NCBI GenBank assembly: GCA_040437565.1
Contig: JBDOQK010000032.1
Coordinates: 310,001 to 374,000, forward strand
Reading direction: 5' to 3'
From: Albugo candida
Taxonomy: Eukaryota
DNA: 64,000 nt
Part shown: positions 1 to 10,953 of the stretch, in pieces
How the letters are laid out: every line of letters starts with the position of its first letter
Numbering within the stretch: position 1 is the stretch's first letter
The notes under the pieces: model-generated
What the model was told of the DNA's origin: nothing
Database searches by the model: none
What the model saw: the letters and a program-made list of their open reading frames with translations, nothing else
Program-made: the position numbers and the translations under genes

Positions 1-1476
1 CGACAAATTCCATCGCCTGCAGATTGATACCTTCCTTGATGCTGCTAACGATCGCGACATCGGCCACGTTATATAAGGCGATCAGTTGTTCCAGTGGAAT
101 AGCCCGCTTGAAATATCGTATCGGGCAGTATTCAGCAGTTCCAAATTTCCCATTCACCTTCCCAACCAATTCATCGACTTGCCGACTCAAAATCTTGTAT
201 TGACATGAAGCGGTTCGACCGTAATCTCGAACAATTGCAAACAGCTGTACTTCACCGCGATATTCCGGATAATGTTGTAACAAGTAATCCATTGCTTCAA
301 GCATTTCCAGAATTCCTTTGCAAAAGTCGAGTGTATGTACACCAACCAGAATTTTCATGTTCTTTTGCTTCTGCTTCTCCAACCGAGCGACTTGGTCTTT
401 GATACTCGGCGTGATTGCATACTTTGGCGGATCAATGCCCATCGGACAGATTCCAAGCGACACCAATCGACCGTTATATTCCACTCGGCTCGGAGAAGAT
501 TCCAATCCAAGCATACGGGTGCAGGCGTTTAGGAAGTGACGAACATAGTCAAAGTGATTGAATACGACAAGATCCGCTCCAAGTACTCCTTGTAGCAGCG
601 ATTCTCTTGCTGAAAGCATTTGAAAGAACTCCGATGACGGGAATGGGCAGTGGAGGTAGAATGCGCATGTAATTTCGGGAAAACGACGTCGTAAAAGTGC
701 AGGAAGATGCATCAATTGGTAATCAGCGACAAGAACCAAATCACCATCCTTGTATACTTCCGACACTACCTATACACCACAAATTGATTAAAGAGTCGGG
801 AAAAAAGAAGATTGCACTACCTCAAGGAATTTCTGATTGGCAAGACAGTAAGCTTCATATTTCTCATGGAAGTTCTCCAGCAGCCGGTTATCGGAGCGCT
901 GGGAAAGCGAATGAAAAAGCGGCCATAAAGTCTCATTACAAAACTACATGTGAACGTATGATGTTATATCCTTTTTGAGAACATTGATTCTAGCATATTA
1001 TAACAGCATACCTGATTATAAAATAGATCCAATATATCATTGGATAAAAATACTGGATGACAATTAAACTCGGATTCCAATTTCCGTCGAACACCATCTT
1101 GACTCGACTCATCGACTACAGCACCCGGCCATGTGATCCATTCGACGGTATTGCGTTTTGCGAGGTAATCGATCGCACTTCTGAAACCCGTTTCTGATAA
1201 AATGTATTGCCACGCATCATCATCTTGCGTTTTCACCATCCGTAAGCACCGTCGCACCGAGCAAACAATAATCTTGTTTGTCTCGTGTGCCATAGGAACG
1301 GGGCCAGTATTCCGGGCACTTGCATTGTACCGCTGTGAACTCTGACGCACTTCGGCCAATCTGCGATGTAGATCTTGCAATTGATCCAATAAGTTGCTTT
1401 CACCTGATGTCCCTGAATTGCTTCCTTTACTCGCGCTACTTGCAACATTTTTATCAGCACCTTCCATTGTATGCAT
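1..1476 (-). CDS. Trehalose-6-phosphate synthase (GT20; probably TPS/TPP), 5' part; continues beyond window start
   Basis: Minus-strand exons give WITWPG, FYNQ|FCNETLWPLFH (intron ~944-1011) and IALYNVADVAIVSSIKEGINLQAMEFV, which are GT20/TPS motifs. ATG at 1476 or 1467. Confidence 0.9.
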
Positions 1477-1662
1477 GTCAAATAGCGCAGAAAAGATTGG
1501 GCGAGATCTTTTTATGTAAAAGTAGAAAAATACCTTCTCCAAGCGCTAAATAAGGTGAGCACACAATCTGCCACTTTTGTATTTCTAGAAGGCTTCGATA
1601 TTTCCTATAGTATAGTACATAGTGTGATGCCACATCATATCCTATAGTATAATCTGCTTGTC

Positions 1663-2764
1663 ATGGCAATGAAGCGTGCGCGTCCATCGAAAAATGCTAG
1701 CAAAGGCTCCGCACGAATGGCTGCAACTTCAATGAGTCAGAAAGAACAAAGTGTTGCAAAACGTCAAGAGGATAGGAAAAGGCTGCGTATACGTCAACTT
1801 GAGCGATCGTATGAGAAGCTTGAATACAGTTTGAAGCACACACCTCGGAACAAACGACTACCCGAGAAAAAGAAGCCACATGGACCGAAATTGCCTCATG
1901 AATGGAAATTGAAGGGTGCTGCGCGTAGTGCAGCTTTATTAGCACGAATTGAAGCTGGTGAACTCAATGAGTATGGGGAAGAACTGCCAAAACCCGAAGA
2001 AGTGTACGACTTATTTACAATGATGCACGAAAAAGGCTGCTTTGCGACGAATGATGATACAAAGCAACTTCTTGTGTAAGGAATTATAAAAGCTCTTCGA
2101 TGCATTCGAAATCTAACTCAAGATGATTTTCAGGGTGCTTCGAGATCTCGCTGGAGCTTGTTGGGATGCCCAGCTGACGAATCGTGCAATCCAATACTAT
2201 CAGCAATATCTAGACTTGGATCCACAGGACACATGTATGATCTCTGAAGACTATGTTTGTGCTCTGATAGATGAAGGTCGTGGTGTGGAAGCGCGTCAAG
2301 TCATCAAAACAAGAACAGAGCGAGTTGAAAATTCCGCAATTTTGGCCTACTGCCAAGTTTTACTCGAATATATATCATGGGAAGTGTTAGAAGAGGCCAA
2401 TTCATGCGAAGAACATGTTCGTGAGGCTTTACAAAACGCGTTCAAATTGAATCCGTTCATCGCAGTATTTCTTGCGGCCCACGAAACATTTTTAGACGTT
2501 GTGGAATATGTCGAAGAAATTAGAAGACCGACTAAAGCTGGTTCGATCGATGAATGCTTTGTATACGCGTCTAAAAATATTGGTGTGTGGATCGACACAG
2601 TTGGAGCCTGTGCCTGGATTGAGAAAGAATTACTTGAGCTTCCCACGCCAATCGCCACCGAAAAGGATACGAGCGACGAAATGTATTTGGGCATGTACCA
2701 ATCTGCAGTTGAAATGCACAAAGAGCGAGATGATTCTCTGACCGATGAATCAGTGAAAGCTTGA
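1663..2764 (+). CDS. Hypothetical protein, basic N-terminus plus TPR-like helical C-terminal region
   Basis: ORFs 1663-2079 and 2123-2764 join through a GT-AG intron at ~2076-2133; TPR-like AIQYYQQYLDLDPQD and ALQNAFKLNP. Confidence 0.7.
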
Positions 2765-4258
2765 ATTGGACGAAAAGCATTCGGTGCGGTGCGCTCCATC
2801 ATATGTCCTGCTTTACGCATAGATATCGCCTTGGAGCTATCTTCCAATCAAAGTAGCGCATTCTTGTATTAATAACCAATAATGTAAAAGCGTATTGAAA
2901 AAGAACTCGTCTGATTGGCTGGAAAAAAGTGAATGGAAGTAGTTCATGCCAAACAATCAAGTTATGGCTGCTTACTATCGCTCTAGTAGTTCGCCTGTTT
3001 GGCGGAGTGTTTTACGCCCTATGCAACATAACAACTACTCAACGCATGTACCAAGATGCTACCTCTATATCAACGCTGTTCGACCCGTGCAACACACACT
3101 ATCAAGCAATCGAATGGATCGATCTCGAAATACCACGACATTAAGGAATTGTTTCGACAATAAACGCGAAAGTACTCACACACCAATGATGCAGCAGTAT
3201 TTTTTACGAAAAAAGGAATATCCAGGTTTGGTTTTAGTCTAAAATGCAGCTCACATGTGCTTAATTGTTCCATTTCTTTTGGGATAGGATGCATGCTCCT
3301 CTTCCAAGTGGGTGATTTCTACGAATTTTTCGGTGAAGATGCACGCAAAGCCTCACAAGTATGTCACTAATACGTCAATAACTGAAAAAGCACTGAAAAT
3401 GAGCAAATTACCGTGTANNNNNNNNNNNNNNNNNNNNNNNNNNNNNNNNNNNNNNNNNNNNNNNNNNNNNNNNNNNNNNNNNNNNNNNNNNNNNNNNNNN
3501 NNNNNNNNNNNNNNNNNCGAAATGTATTTGGGCATGTACCAATCTGCAGTTGAAATGCACAAAGAGCGAGATGATTCTCTGACCGATGAATCAGTGAAAG
3601 CTTGAATTGGACGAAAAGCATTCGGTGCGGTGCGCTCCATCATATGTCCTGCTTTACGCATAGATATCGCCTTGGAGCTATCTTCCAATCAAAGTAGCGC
3701 ATTCTTGTATTAATAACCAATAATGTAAAAGCGTATTGAAAAAGAACTCGTCTGATTGGCTGGAAAAAAGTGAATGGAAGTAGTTCATGCCAAACAATCA
3801 AGTTATGGCTGCTTACTATCGCTCTAGTAGTTCGCCTGTTTGGCGGAGTGTTTTACGCCCTATGCAACATAACAACTACTCAACGCATGTACCAAGATGC
3901 TACCTCTATATCAACGCTGTTCGACCCGTGCAACACACACTATCAAGCAATCGAATGGATCGATCTCGAAATACCACGACATTAAGGAATTGTTTCGACA
4001 ATAAACGCGAAAGTACTCACACACCAATGATGCAGCAGTATTTTTTACGAAAAAAGGAATATCCAGGTTTGGTTTTAGTCTAAAATGCAGCTCACATGTG
4101 CTTAATTGTTCCATTTCTTTTGGGATAGGATGCATGCTCCTCTTCCAAGTGGGTGATTTCTACGAATTTTTCGGTGAAGATGCACGCAAAGCCTCACAAG
4201 TATGTCACTAATACGTCAATAACTGAAAAAGCACTGAAAATGAGCAAATTACCGTGTA
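2677..4258. repeat. Direct duplication 2677-3417 = 3518-4258 flanking a 100-N gap (assembly overlap)
   Basis: Same sequence on both sides of the N-run 3418-3517; identical ORFs appear twice in the ORF track. Confidence 0.9.
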
Positions 4259-7000
4259 AAGCTTCTGCATTTAGTCCTAACTAAGCGACAAAGTAGACAA
4301 GAACAGTGTCTCGAGATGTGCGGATTCCCTGTCAATTCATTGGATTCGTATTTGGAGAAGTTGGTCATGCATCATGGACTCAAAATCGCTATTTGTAATC
4401 AGATCAAACCGAAGACTGCAGTGATTCAAAATGAGAATAATCGGAGAGGAAAACAATCTTTCAGCAAAATGGAGCCTTCGCTTATGGATCGGCGAATAGT
4501 GAGAGTTGTGACGCCGGGCTCACTAGTAGAGGAATCGATGCTCAAGCCAGAAGAAAACAATTATATCGCTGCACTGTATACACCTCTACAGCAAGAAAAC
4601 CAGAATCAAACGTATGGCTTTGCTTGGGCTGATTTGTCCACGGGAGAATTTCGTTCGACAGTCACAACCGCTGACCAAGTGGCCAATTTGCTGACTCGAT
4701 GTTCGCCTCGGGAGATTCTGATACCAATGCTCGACGACACATCTGATCCAAAACTTGACGCGATATTGCAAGACGCACTTGCCCCGTCTTGCATGATAAC
4801 CTATCGCAGTATCTCGAGCTTTCATTCAGTAAAGTCGGAAGACAGACAGCTCCTTACGTCTATTGCAGCCCAGAAAGAGGTTGAGGCTTTCTCCGCTAAT
4901 GCAATTGTCGACTATATTCAATTCGCATACAAACAAAACTCTGGAATTTCTGCTGGGCTTCAACTACTTCGTCACGTAGACAGTATGGATCACATGATCA
5001 TTGATCACAGCGCGTGGAAATCTCTCGAGCTCAGCATATCTTTGTCGGGAGATAAATCCTCGAGTCTCTTCCATACGATCAATAAAACTGTTACGGCTGC
5101 AGGCTCTCGCTTATTAGCCTCCCATTTGGCGTCACCTCTTTTGAATATCGAGACAATCAGAGATCGTCAAGATACTGTGGAGTACTTTTGCTCTCAAGAA
5201 CTCTTGATACTGAAGCCATTCCGAAAGCAGCTAGCAAATATCTTTGATCTCGAACGAAGTTTTCAGCGTGTTACAGTCCACATGGGAACACCGAAAGATC
5301 TCCGGAATATCGCCATTTCGGTACAAAAAGCAATGGGAATCACGAGTCTTATTCTGTCTTCACGACCTCCAGATACTAATTTTCCAAATCTACTGAAGCG
5401 TTATTGCAGAGTTGGTGATGCCACACGTGGAAACTCTGATCTTCTCGATCTTGTGGAGAAGATTCGGGCTGCTATCTACGACGACTCTGCTGAATCGATG
5501 GGACGAACGTATCTCAATCTAAAGCACAATTTTGTTCGCAGTGGATACTCAAAAGAATTGGACGAATGGCGTGCGATCGCAATGATTTCCACTCAGACGC
5601 AAAATGTATCTCCAAAGGATTCAAAGTGTTTGGATCGAACGAAACACTCTCTGCAACAAAAGTACCGATCTCTGCTTTCTTCGAATCGAGCACGCGTCTT
5701 ATACCAAACTGGAAGAGGATTCTTCATTGAGCTTCCCATTGACGAATACAATCGGCTGCTTCGAGAGCGCCAAGAGAACACAAACGAGCTTCATCATCCT
5801 TTAGATCTGCTAATTCTCCAACAATCCTTAAAGACGACGATGCGTTTTCGAACAGAGGAATTATCCAAATTGAATGATGCGATTATTGAAGCGGAAGAGC
5901 GTGTGTACGACTTGGAATCCCAGATTTTCGACGAGTTGGTTGAGTGTGTGGTACAGCAGTCAAACTCAATACGAAATATTGCTGAAACAATGGCGATACT
6001 GGACGTTCTCGGTTCCCATGCTCAGGTCGCGTTGGACGGACATTATACTCGACCTCTGATCGATAATAGCCGGGAAATACACATCGAGGGCGGCCGACAT
6101 TGCGTGGTGGAAGCAGCTCATTGGCGAGGTCGTAACAATAATCTTTCACGCACTGTCTCGTCATCGTTACCTCGTGCGTTCGTCCCAAATAGTCTCCATC
6201 TCCAGCCATCCACAGAGCCCCAAGACCATGCGATTGGGTCGTGCTGCTTTTTGACGGGACCAAACATGGGCGGAAAGTCTACATATCTCCGTCAAAATGC
6301 ACAGATTGTGATCCTCGCTCAGATGGGAAGCTTTGTTCCCGCTCGATACGCACGAATCGGTCTTGTCGATCAGCTGTTCTGTCGGGTTGGCTCGGCGGAT
6401 GATCTTGCCAGTGATAAAAGCACATTCATGATCGAAATGGAGGAGACAGCGTCGATTTTGGGACACGCTACTGTTCGATCTCTTGTCGTCATGGACGAAG
6501 TTGGTCGAGGGACTTCTGTGGAAGATGGAATTGCTATTGCCGGAGCGGTTTTGGAAACGTTGTGCTTGCAGCAGATACGAACTCTTTTTGCAACTCATTA
6601 CACAGTCCTTCCGGAATTGCTATCGTACGCCAACACCAATGTCTCAGGAACGCTTCAGCTTTTTCGAATGGAAGCTGTTGGATTGGATTACAAGGAGAAA
6701 GACCTTCAGCATCCATTAGCATTCACACATCGCGTCGTGCCGGGTCTTGCGTCCAAATCATACGGACTCAATACGGCGACATTGGCAGGTTGTCCGTCTC
6801 GTGTCGTCTTTCGAGCAAATGAGCTTCTAGAGCTGTACCGCAAGCGGTACAAGCAAGAGGCACTTCGATGTGATGATAACGCGCCTAATACGTTGGACCA
6901 ACTCGAAGCGATTCGAAATATTCTCAAAGCTCCGAGAAAGCGTTCCAACGGGAATGAAGAAGCGCTGTTGAGTCAGGTGGCCGCGTTACTACCAAGCTAG
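3787..7000 (+). CDS. MSH1: MutS1/MSH1-type DNA mismatch repair ATPase, probably mitochondrial
   Basis: Exons 3787-4066, 4129-4199 and 4262-7000 give HTPMMQQY...LFQVGDFYEFFGEDA (domain I), TGPNMGGKSTYLRQ (Walker A), STFMIEM, DEVGRGTS, FATHY and SYGL. N-terminal extension is R/S-rich. Confidence 0.9.
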
Positions 7001-7102
7001 AGCTGATACAATCAATTGGACGTTGCAGGCTGGTCACTTTGATTCACTTGATTATATGGAAACTACTCGGCATACATACATACGATACACGCAGCACGGA
7101 GT

Positions 7103-7942
7103 TTACATCTGCCAGCATCCGGTTCGCATCCCTAATGACGCAAGTGAAGGCAGCTGCATCCTCTTTTCCGATGCTCCTTGCTTGCAGTACGGAGCGTATC
7201 CTGGTCGAAGAGATAAAGCCTTGAGAAAATATGTGCTTTCCGTTCGATGAAATGGACTGTCCAAGACGCAAAATTTCCGTTGGAGGTGCCCCAGCGCCTC
7301 GTGTGGATACTGTTGTCGTCCGTACGGAATTTGAAGAGGCATCAAGTTATCGACAAACGGTCGACAGGATGAATGTAATGCTGAGATCCCCGGTAGACAT
7401 GCACCCGCTTTCGTCATCGGATTCACCAAAAAGTTGATTTGCAGTTTACCACGCGATTGAGCTTTAGCAGCTTCATGATCTTCAGCACTTTGTTCGAATG
7501 CGATGATTGGCATCACAACTGAGAAATTAGAGGCGACGGAATTAGGCGATGCCACAGCGGGACGTATGGAAGGTTTCGATACAATTGCCGCAGTGGACGC
7601 GGTCAGGTTTTCCTGATCGAGCAGCTTGTAATGGAGTTTGCATCGGCCTTTGACCTGAGTGAATTTGTTACAATCCAAAACGATACATTTCCGTCCACCG
7701 CCATGTGCGATGCAAAATCCTTTGCTTTGTGCGAGCTTTGTGCATCCAGTACTTCGACATCGTCGCCCTCCTCCATGAGCGATGCAGAGTCCGCGTGTCT
7801 GTGCTAGCTTCCCACACGCTTCATGACGACATCGAGAGCCTCCACCATGAGCTTTACATAGTCCTTTCGATTGAGCGAATTTCTCACAAGGCACTTTACA
7901 ACATCGCGCGCGTGTCTTTTGCGAACGGGTTGCTGTCGTCAT
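7103..7942 (-). CDS. Cys/His-rich HGGG-repeat protein (WRKY19-like zinc-binding repeats)
   Basis: Three tandem C-x4-C-x-K-x-AQ-x2-G-x-C-x-AHGGG repeats plus a degenerate fourth. Confidence 0.85.
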   Translation of the reverse strand: MTTATRSQKTRARCCKVPCEKFAQSKGLCKAHGGGSRCRHEACGKLAQTRGLCIAHGGGRRCRSTGCTKLAQSKGFCIAHGGGRKCIVLDCNKFTQVKGRCKLHYKLLDQENLTASTAAIVSKPSIRPAVASPNSVASNFSVVMPIIAFEQSAEDHEAAKAQSRGKLQINFLVNPMTKAGACLPGISALHSSCRPFVDNLMPLQIPYGRQQYPHEALGHLQRKFCVLDSPFHRTESTYFLKALSLRPGYAPYCKQGASEKRMQLPSLASLGMRTGCWQM

Positions 7943-7959
7943 TGAATGCTGATGCCTTT

Positions 7960-7975
7960 GAATTCGTAAATGAGG
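7960..7975 (-). promoter_or_regulatory. Oomycete Inr/FPR core promoter element
   Basis: Minus strand reads CCTCATTTACGAATTC, matching the TCATTY-N3-WTTY consensus, ~18-33 nt upstream of the ATG at 7942. Confidence 0.6.
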
Positions 7976-8291
7976 TTCACATTGCGCATCTCTGTGTACG
8001 CTGTGCGACTCGCTGCTATTTTGGGCATTGGTAATGGGAGAGAGACTTGTCAGGACCGAGTTGCTGCTTTATTACTATCCTGCAAGAAATCAAGCCAGAC
8101 GATGGTGGACAGATGGCGGAGGTACTGGAGCTGCGCTAAGCACCAAAGTTTTATCGAGACAACACCAAGGTATAGGAATCGACTTTTGACGGGCTTTACG
8201 CTCGTCTCTTCCATTCGATGCTTGAGGGTGTGTAGACAATTGTCATGAATCACATCAACTCATCCAGGTTGTTGAGGCATTCGCTGAATGC

Positions 8292-9623
8292 TCAGCTATC
8301 ACATTCAGACGAGAAGGAATCCCAATCCGAGCTAGAGTCTGAGAAATCGCCTCGTGGGATTTGAGGAACACGCGAGTGTGCAAAGTGAATACTGATGAGC
8401 TCGTTTTCGACTCGATTACAGTGACCGCATTTTCCATTGCTTTCAAGTAGGCCAAGTCCCCACCCATTGCATCCTGCGCACTGTTGACGCATTTTTGCTC
8501 GGGCTGCAATTGAATCAACTTGGAGGCGATGACAGTGCGCACAAAGCCCATTTTCATGTACTAAATGTAAGCCAACACCGCGACAGTGATCACAACGGTC
8601 GAGTTTGACTGATGTAATGCTTTGATACGCTAACGCGTTGGATGGCCAAGTGACTGACATTGGAAATGCTGCGATCGGCATGGCTGGATACATTCCGTAT
8701 GGATGATAGATTGGAACGGGTGGTGGGAATGCATTCCACGTTGTCATCTTATGGTGAGGATAGGATGCATTTGGTTGTGGCATTGATGCTGGTTGATCTG
8801 GAGATGTGTCGGTAGCGTTGATGTGCTGATGGCTATATGCTGGAGGTTCCTGATGTATTTCTCTCTTGTCTAAATTTCCAGTGGCACTTTCCGGCTTTAC
8901 TCCGTTAGCAAGCGATACGAAGGCTTTCGACTGCCCATTTCTGTCTGATAAAGTGGGTCGCATTGTGATTGCTTTTTCTTGGAAAGCCATTGTAGCAACA
9001 CCAACTTCCGCTCTTCCTCTTGCAATATTTCTATCGACAGCTTCAGAAAGCAATAGAGCTCCCCGCTTGGGCGACTTTCTTCGATCCGGAAAAGATGTTT
9101 TTGTGGTTGTGCTTCCACTTGTCAAAGGGCTTGCAACCTCTTTCGTATCTGTCTCAATAGTGAGAGCTCGAGGATCTGTTTTAGCTCTCTCTTTTATATG
9201 CGTTGCTGACGCCATTTTGGGTTTCAGTACGCTTTCCATCCCACTTGTACCATTTCTCGTGTCCAATTGTGATGGTGGCAAAGTCTCTTTGACGATTCTG
9301 TTGCTTGAAGGACTCTTTTTCTGTATGTTTTCATTCACTTCCGCTAAGAACGCATCGGCTTCCAATTTCGCATTCGCTTGCTTTTGTAACCTCTTTCTTC
9401 GGTATCTCAGTCTTTCAGCAGCGGTCATAGTTGACATTTCATCCATTTCCTTCGGTGTGAAGTCATCGGAAGTGGATATTTGGCCCGTCACACTTTGAAT
9501 CTTTGGAACGCTTTCCATAGCGTTATTTGGCTTCCAGGAAGCATTTAAAGATGCTTGGAGCTTCAGAAACGTTTCGTTGACTTTCTTTTCGCATTTGGCA
9601 CTACTACTTTTGTTTTCTTTCAT
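8292..9623 (-). CDS. Hypothetical protein with two C-terminal CxxCxGxG...NGxCxHC repeats
   Basis: 443-aa ORF, low-complexity body, then CDHCRGVGLHLVHENGLCAHC and CAGCNGWGLGLLESNGKCGHC. Confidence 0.75.
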   Translation of the reverse strand: MKENKSSSAKCEKKVNETFLKLQASLNASWKPNNAMESVPKIQSVTGQISTSDDFTPKEMDEMSTMTAAERLRYRRKRLQKQANAKLEADAFLAEVNENIQKKSPSSNRIVKETLPPSQLDTRNGTSGMESVLKPKMASATHIKERAKTDPRALTIETDTKEVASPLTSGSTTTKTSFPDRRKSPKRGALLLSEAVDRNIARGRAEVGVATMAFQEKAITMRPTLSDRNGQSKAFVSLANGVKPESATGNLDKREIHQEPPAYSHQHINATDTSPDQPASMPQPNASYPHHKMTTWNAFPPPVPIYHPYGMYPAMPIAAFPMSVTWPSNALAYQSITSVKLDRCDHCRGVGLHLVHENGLCAHCHRLQVDSIAARAKMRQQCAGCNGWGLGLLESNGKCGHCNRVENELISIHFAHSRVPQIPRGDFSDSSSDWDSFSSECDS

Positions 9624-10171
9624 TCCGATTTGAAAGTTATAATCGCTTCCGCTTACAGTGAGTTTATCGACGCATTTCGATAGGAAATGGATAATTTATG
9701 TGCGTTTGTGTGTCACATCGGACATTCATCCAATCAGATGTATCTTCCAGTATATGCGTTTAGAGATGCAAAGTCCTCCATNNNNNNNNNNNNNNNNNNN
9801 NNNNNNNNNNNNNNNNNNNNNNNNNNNNNNNNNNNNNNNNNNNNNNNNNNNNNNNNNNNNNNNNNNNNNNNNNNNNNNNNNATATGCGTTTAGAGATGCA
9901 AAGTCCTCCATCCAGACGAGAATTGTAGCAGTCGTTACGCTAGCACAATGCTTAAATGTCAAATTGCTTTTCTGAAATATACCTTGCACCCGTTTCGGGG
10001 CGGAGCAGTGAAATCAGTAGAGTTGTCGTAGCATAGATTGCAGGTCATATATCATTTCTATACGCTTTGTGAGATGTCTTATTCGCAATCGATGTCAGAA
10101 TCATTACATCTCGTCAGAGTGTCCTCTCATATTTGTGGAGCCCATTTGATGGTACGTATATGTTCGTACCT

Positions 10172-10634
10172 TTCACTTTATCGTCACCCATCATGTCCGT
10201 GTGGAGGGATTGGCAGTATTCGTTGATGGCCTGGAGAGCGATGTGCGAGCTGTTGATTGCATTGCAAACTTTTCATCGTCTTTGTACTATCATTGGGAAA
10301 GAATCTTGCTGTCTCATTGGAAGAGCTCTTCGGGACAGCTGCTACCACGACAATATGACTGGGAGCCACTGCATGTACCGACATCCTCGTATGTAGTATA
10401 CCTCGTGTGAATACACGTACGTCGATTTCGAACACAATTGGTAGCTCTCCTCGGTACAACAACTCAGATCGGTATGTGTAAGCAGCGCAATACGAATTCT
10501 GAGATGATGGAGTACTTGCAAATTTGTCTGTTCCAAATAACCGATTTAATCACCATCTCGCATAGCGCTCTGCAGGCCATCAACGAATAATGCCAATCCC
10601 TCCACACGGACATGATGGGTGACGATAGAGTGAT
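10172..10634 (+). ncRNA. Long inverted repeat; candidate structured non-coding or hairpin RNA
   Basis: 10172-10258 is the near-perfect reverse complement of 10548-10634. Extra stem 10262-10281/10502-10521 and internal hairpins; wobble pairs are G:U on the + strand. Confidence 0.5.
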
Positions 10635-10953
10635 AAAGTCTCCAGAGCAAATGCACAGTTGTCGACAAACGAATGATAGATGAACAAGAAGCACGCTAAA
10701 TGAAGATAGCTGTCCGAGCTGTACTCCGACTACAGTGACTATTCTTTTCGTCATGGAATATGTCAATCGTTCCGCGTTATCTCTGATTGATTGCACTCGG
10801 CCAACGCGCCTTCTTACGTCACATTTCATCACTTTTGTATACTTTTGTTTTACGCGCGTGTATACCGTCTTCTAATATAAATATTACGATACTCTCAAAA
10901 TAGGAAGCCTTAAGAAACACCACCCGATACATTCGATCGGATAGCGCCTTATC

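Noticed and set aside
2677-4258. Apparent tandem duplication of MutS 5' exons
   Set aside because: Identical copies flank a 100-N gap, indicating an unmerged contig overlap.
9970-10015. CTGAAATATACC resembling a TPP riboswitch or hammerhead core
   Set aside because: It lacks the TPP P4/P5 motif (CUGAU...UAAU...GCG) and the CUGANGA core.
10048-10064. ATCATTTCTATA resembling U3 snoRNA box A
   Set aside because: I could not find convincing A', B, C or D boxes in the correct order.
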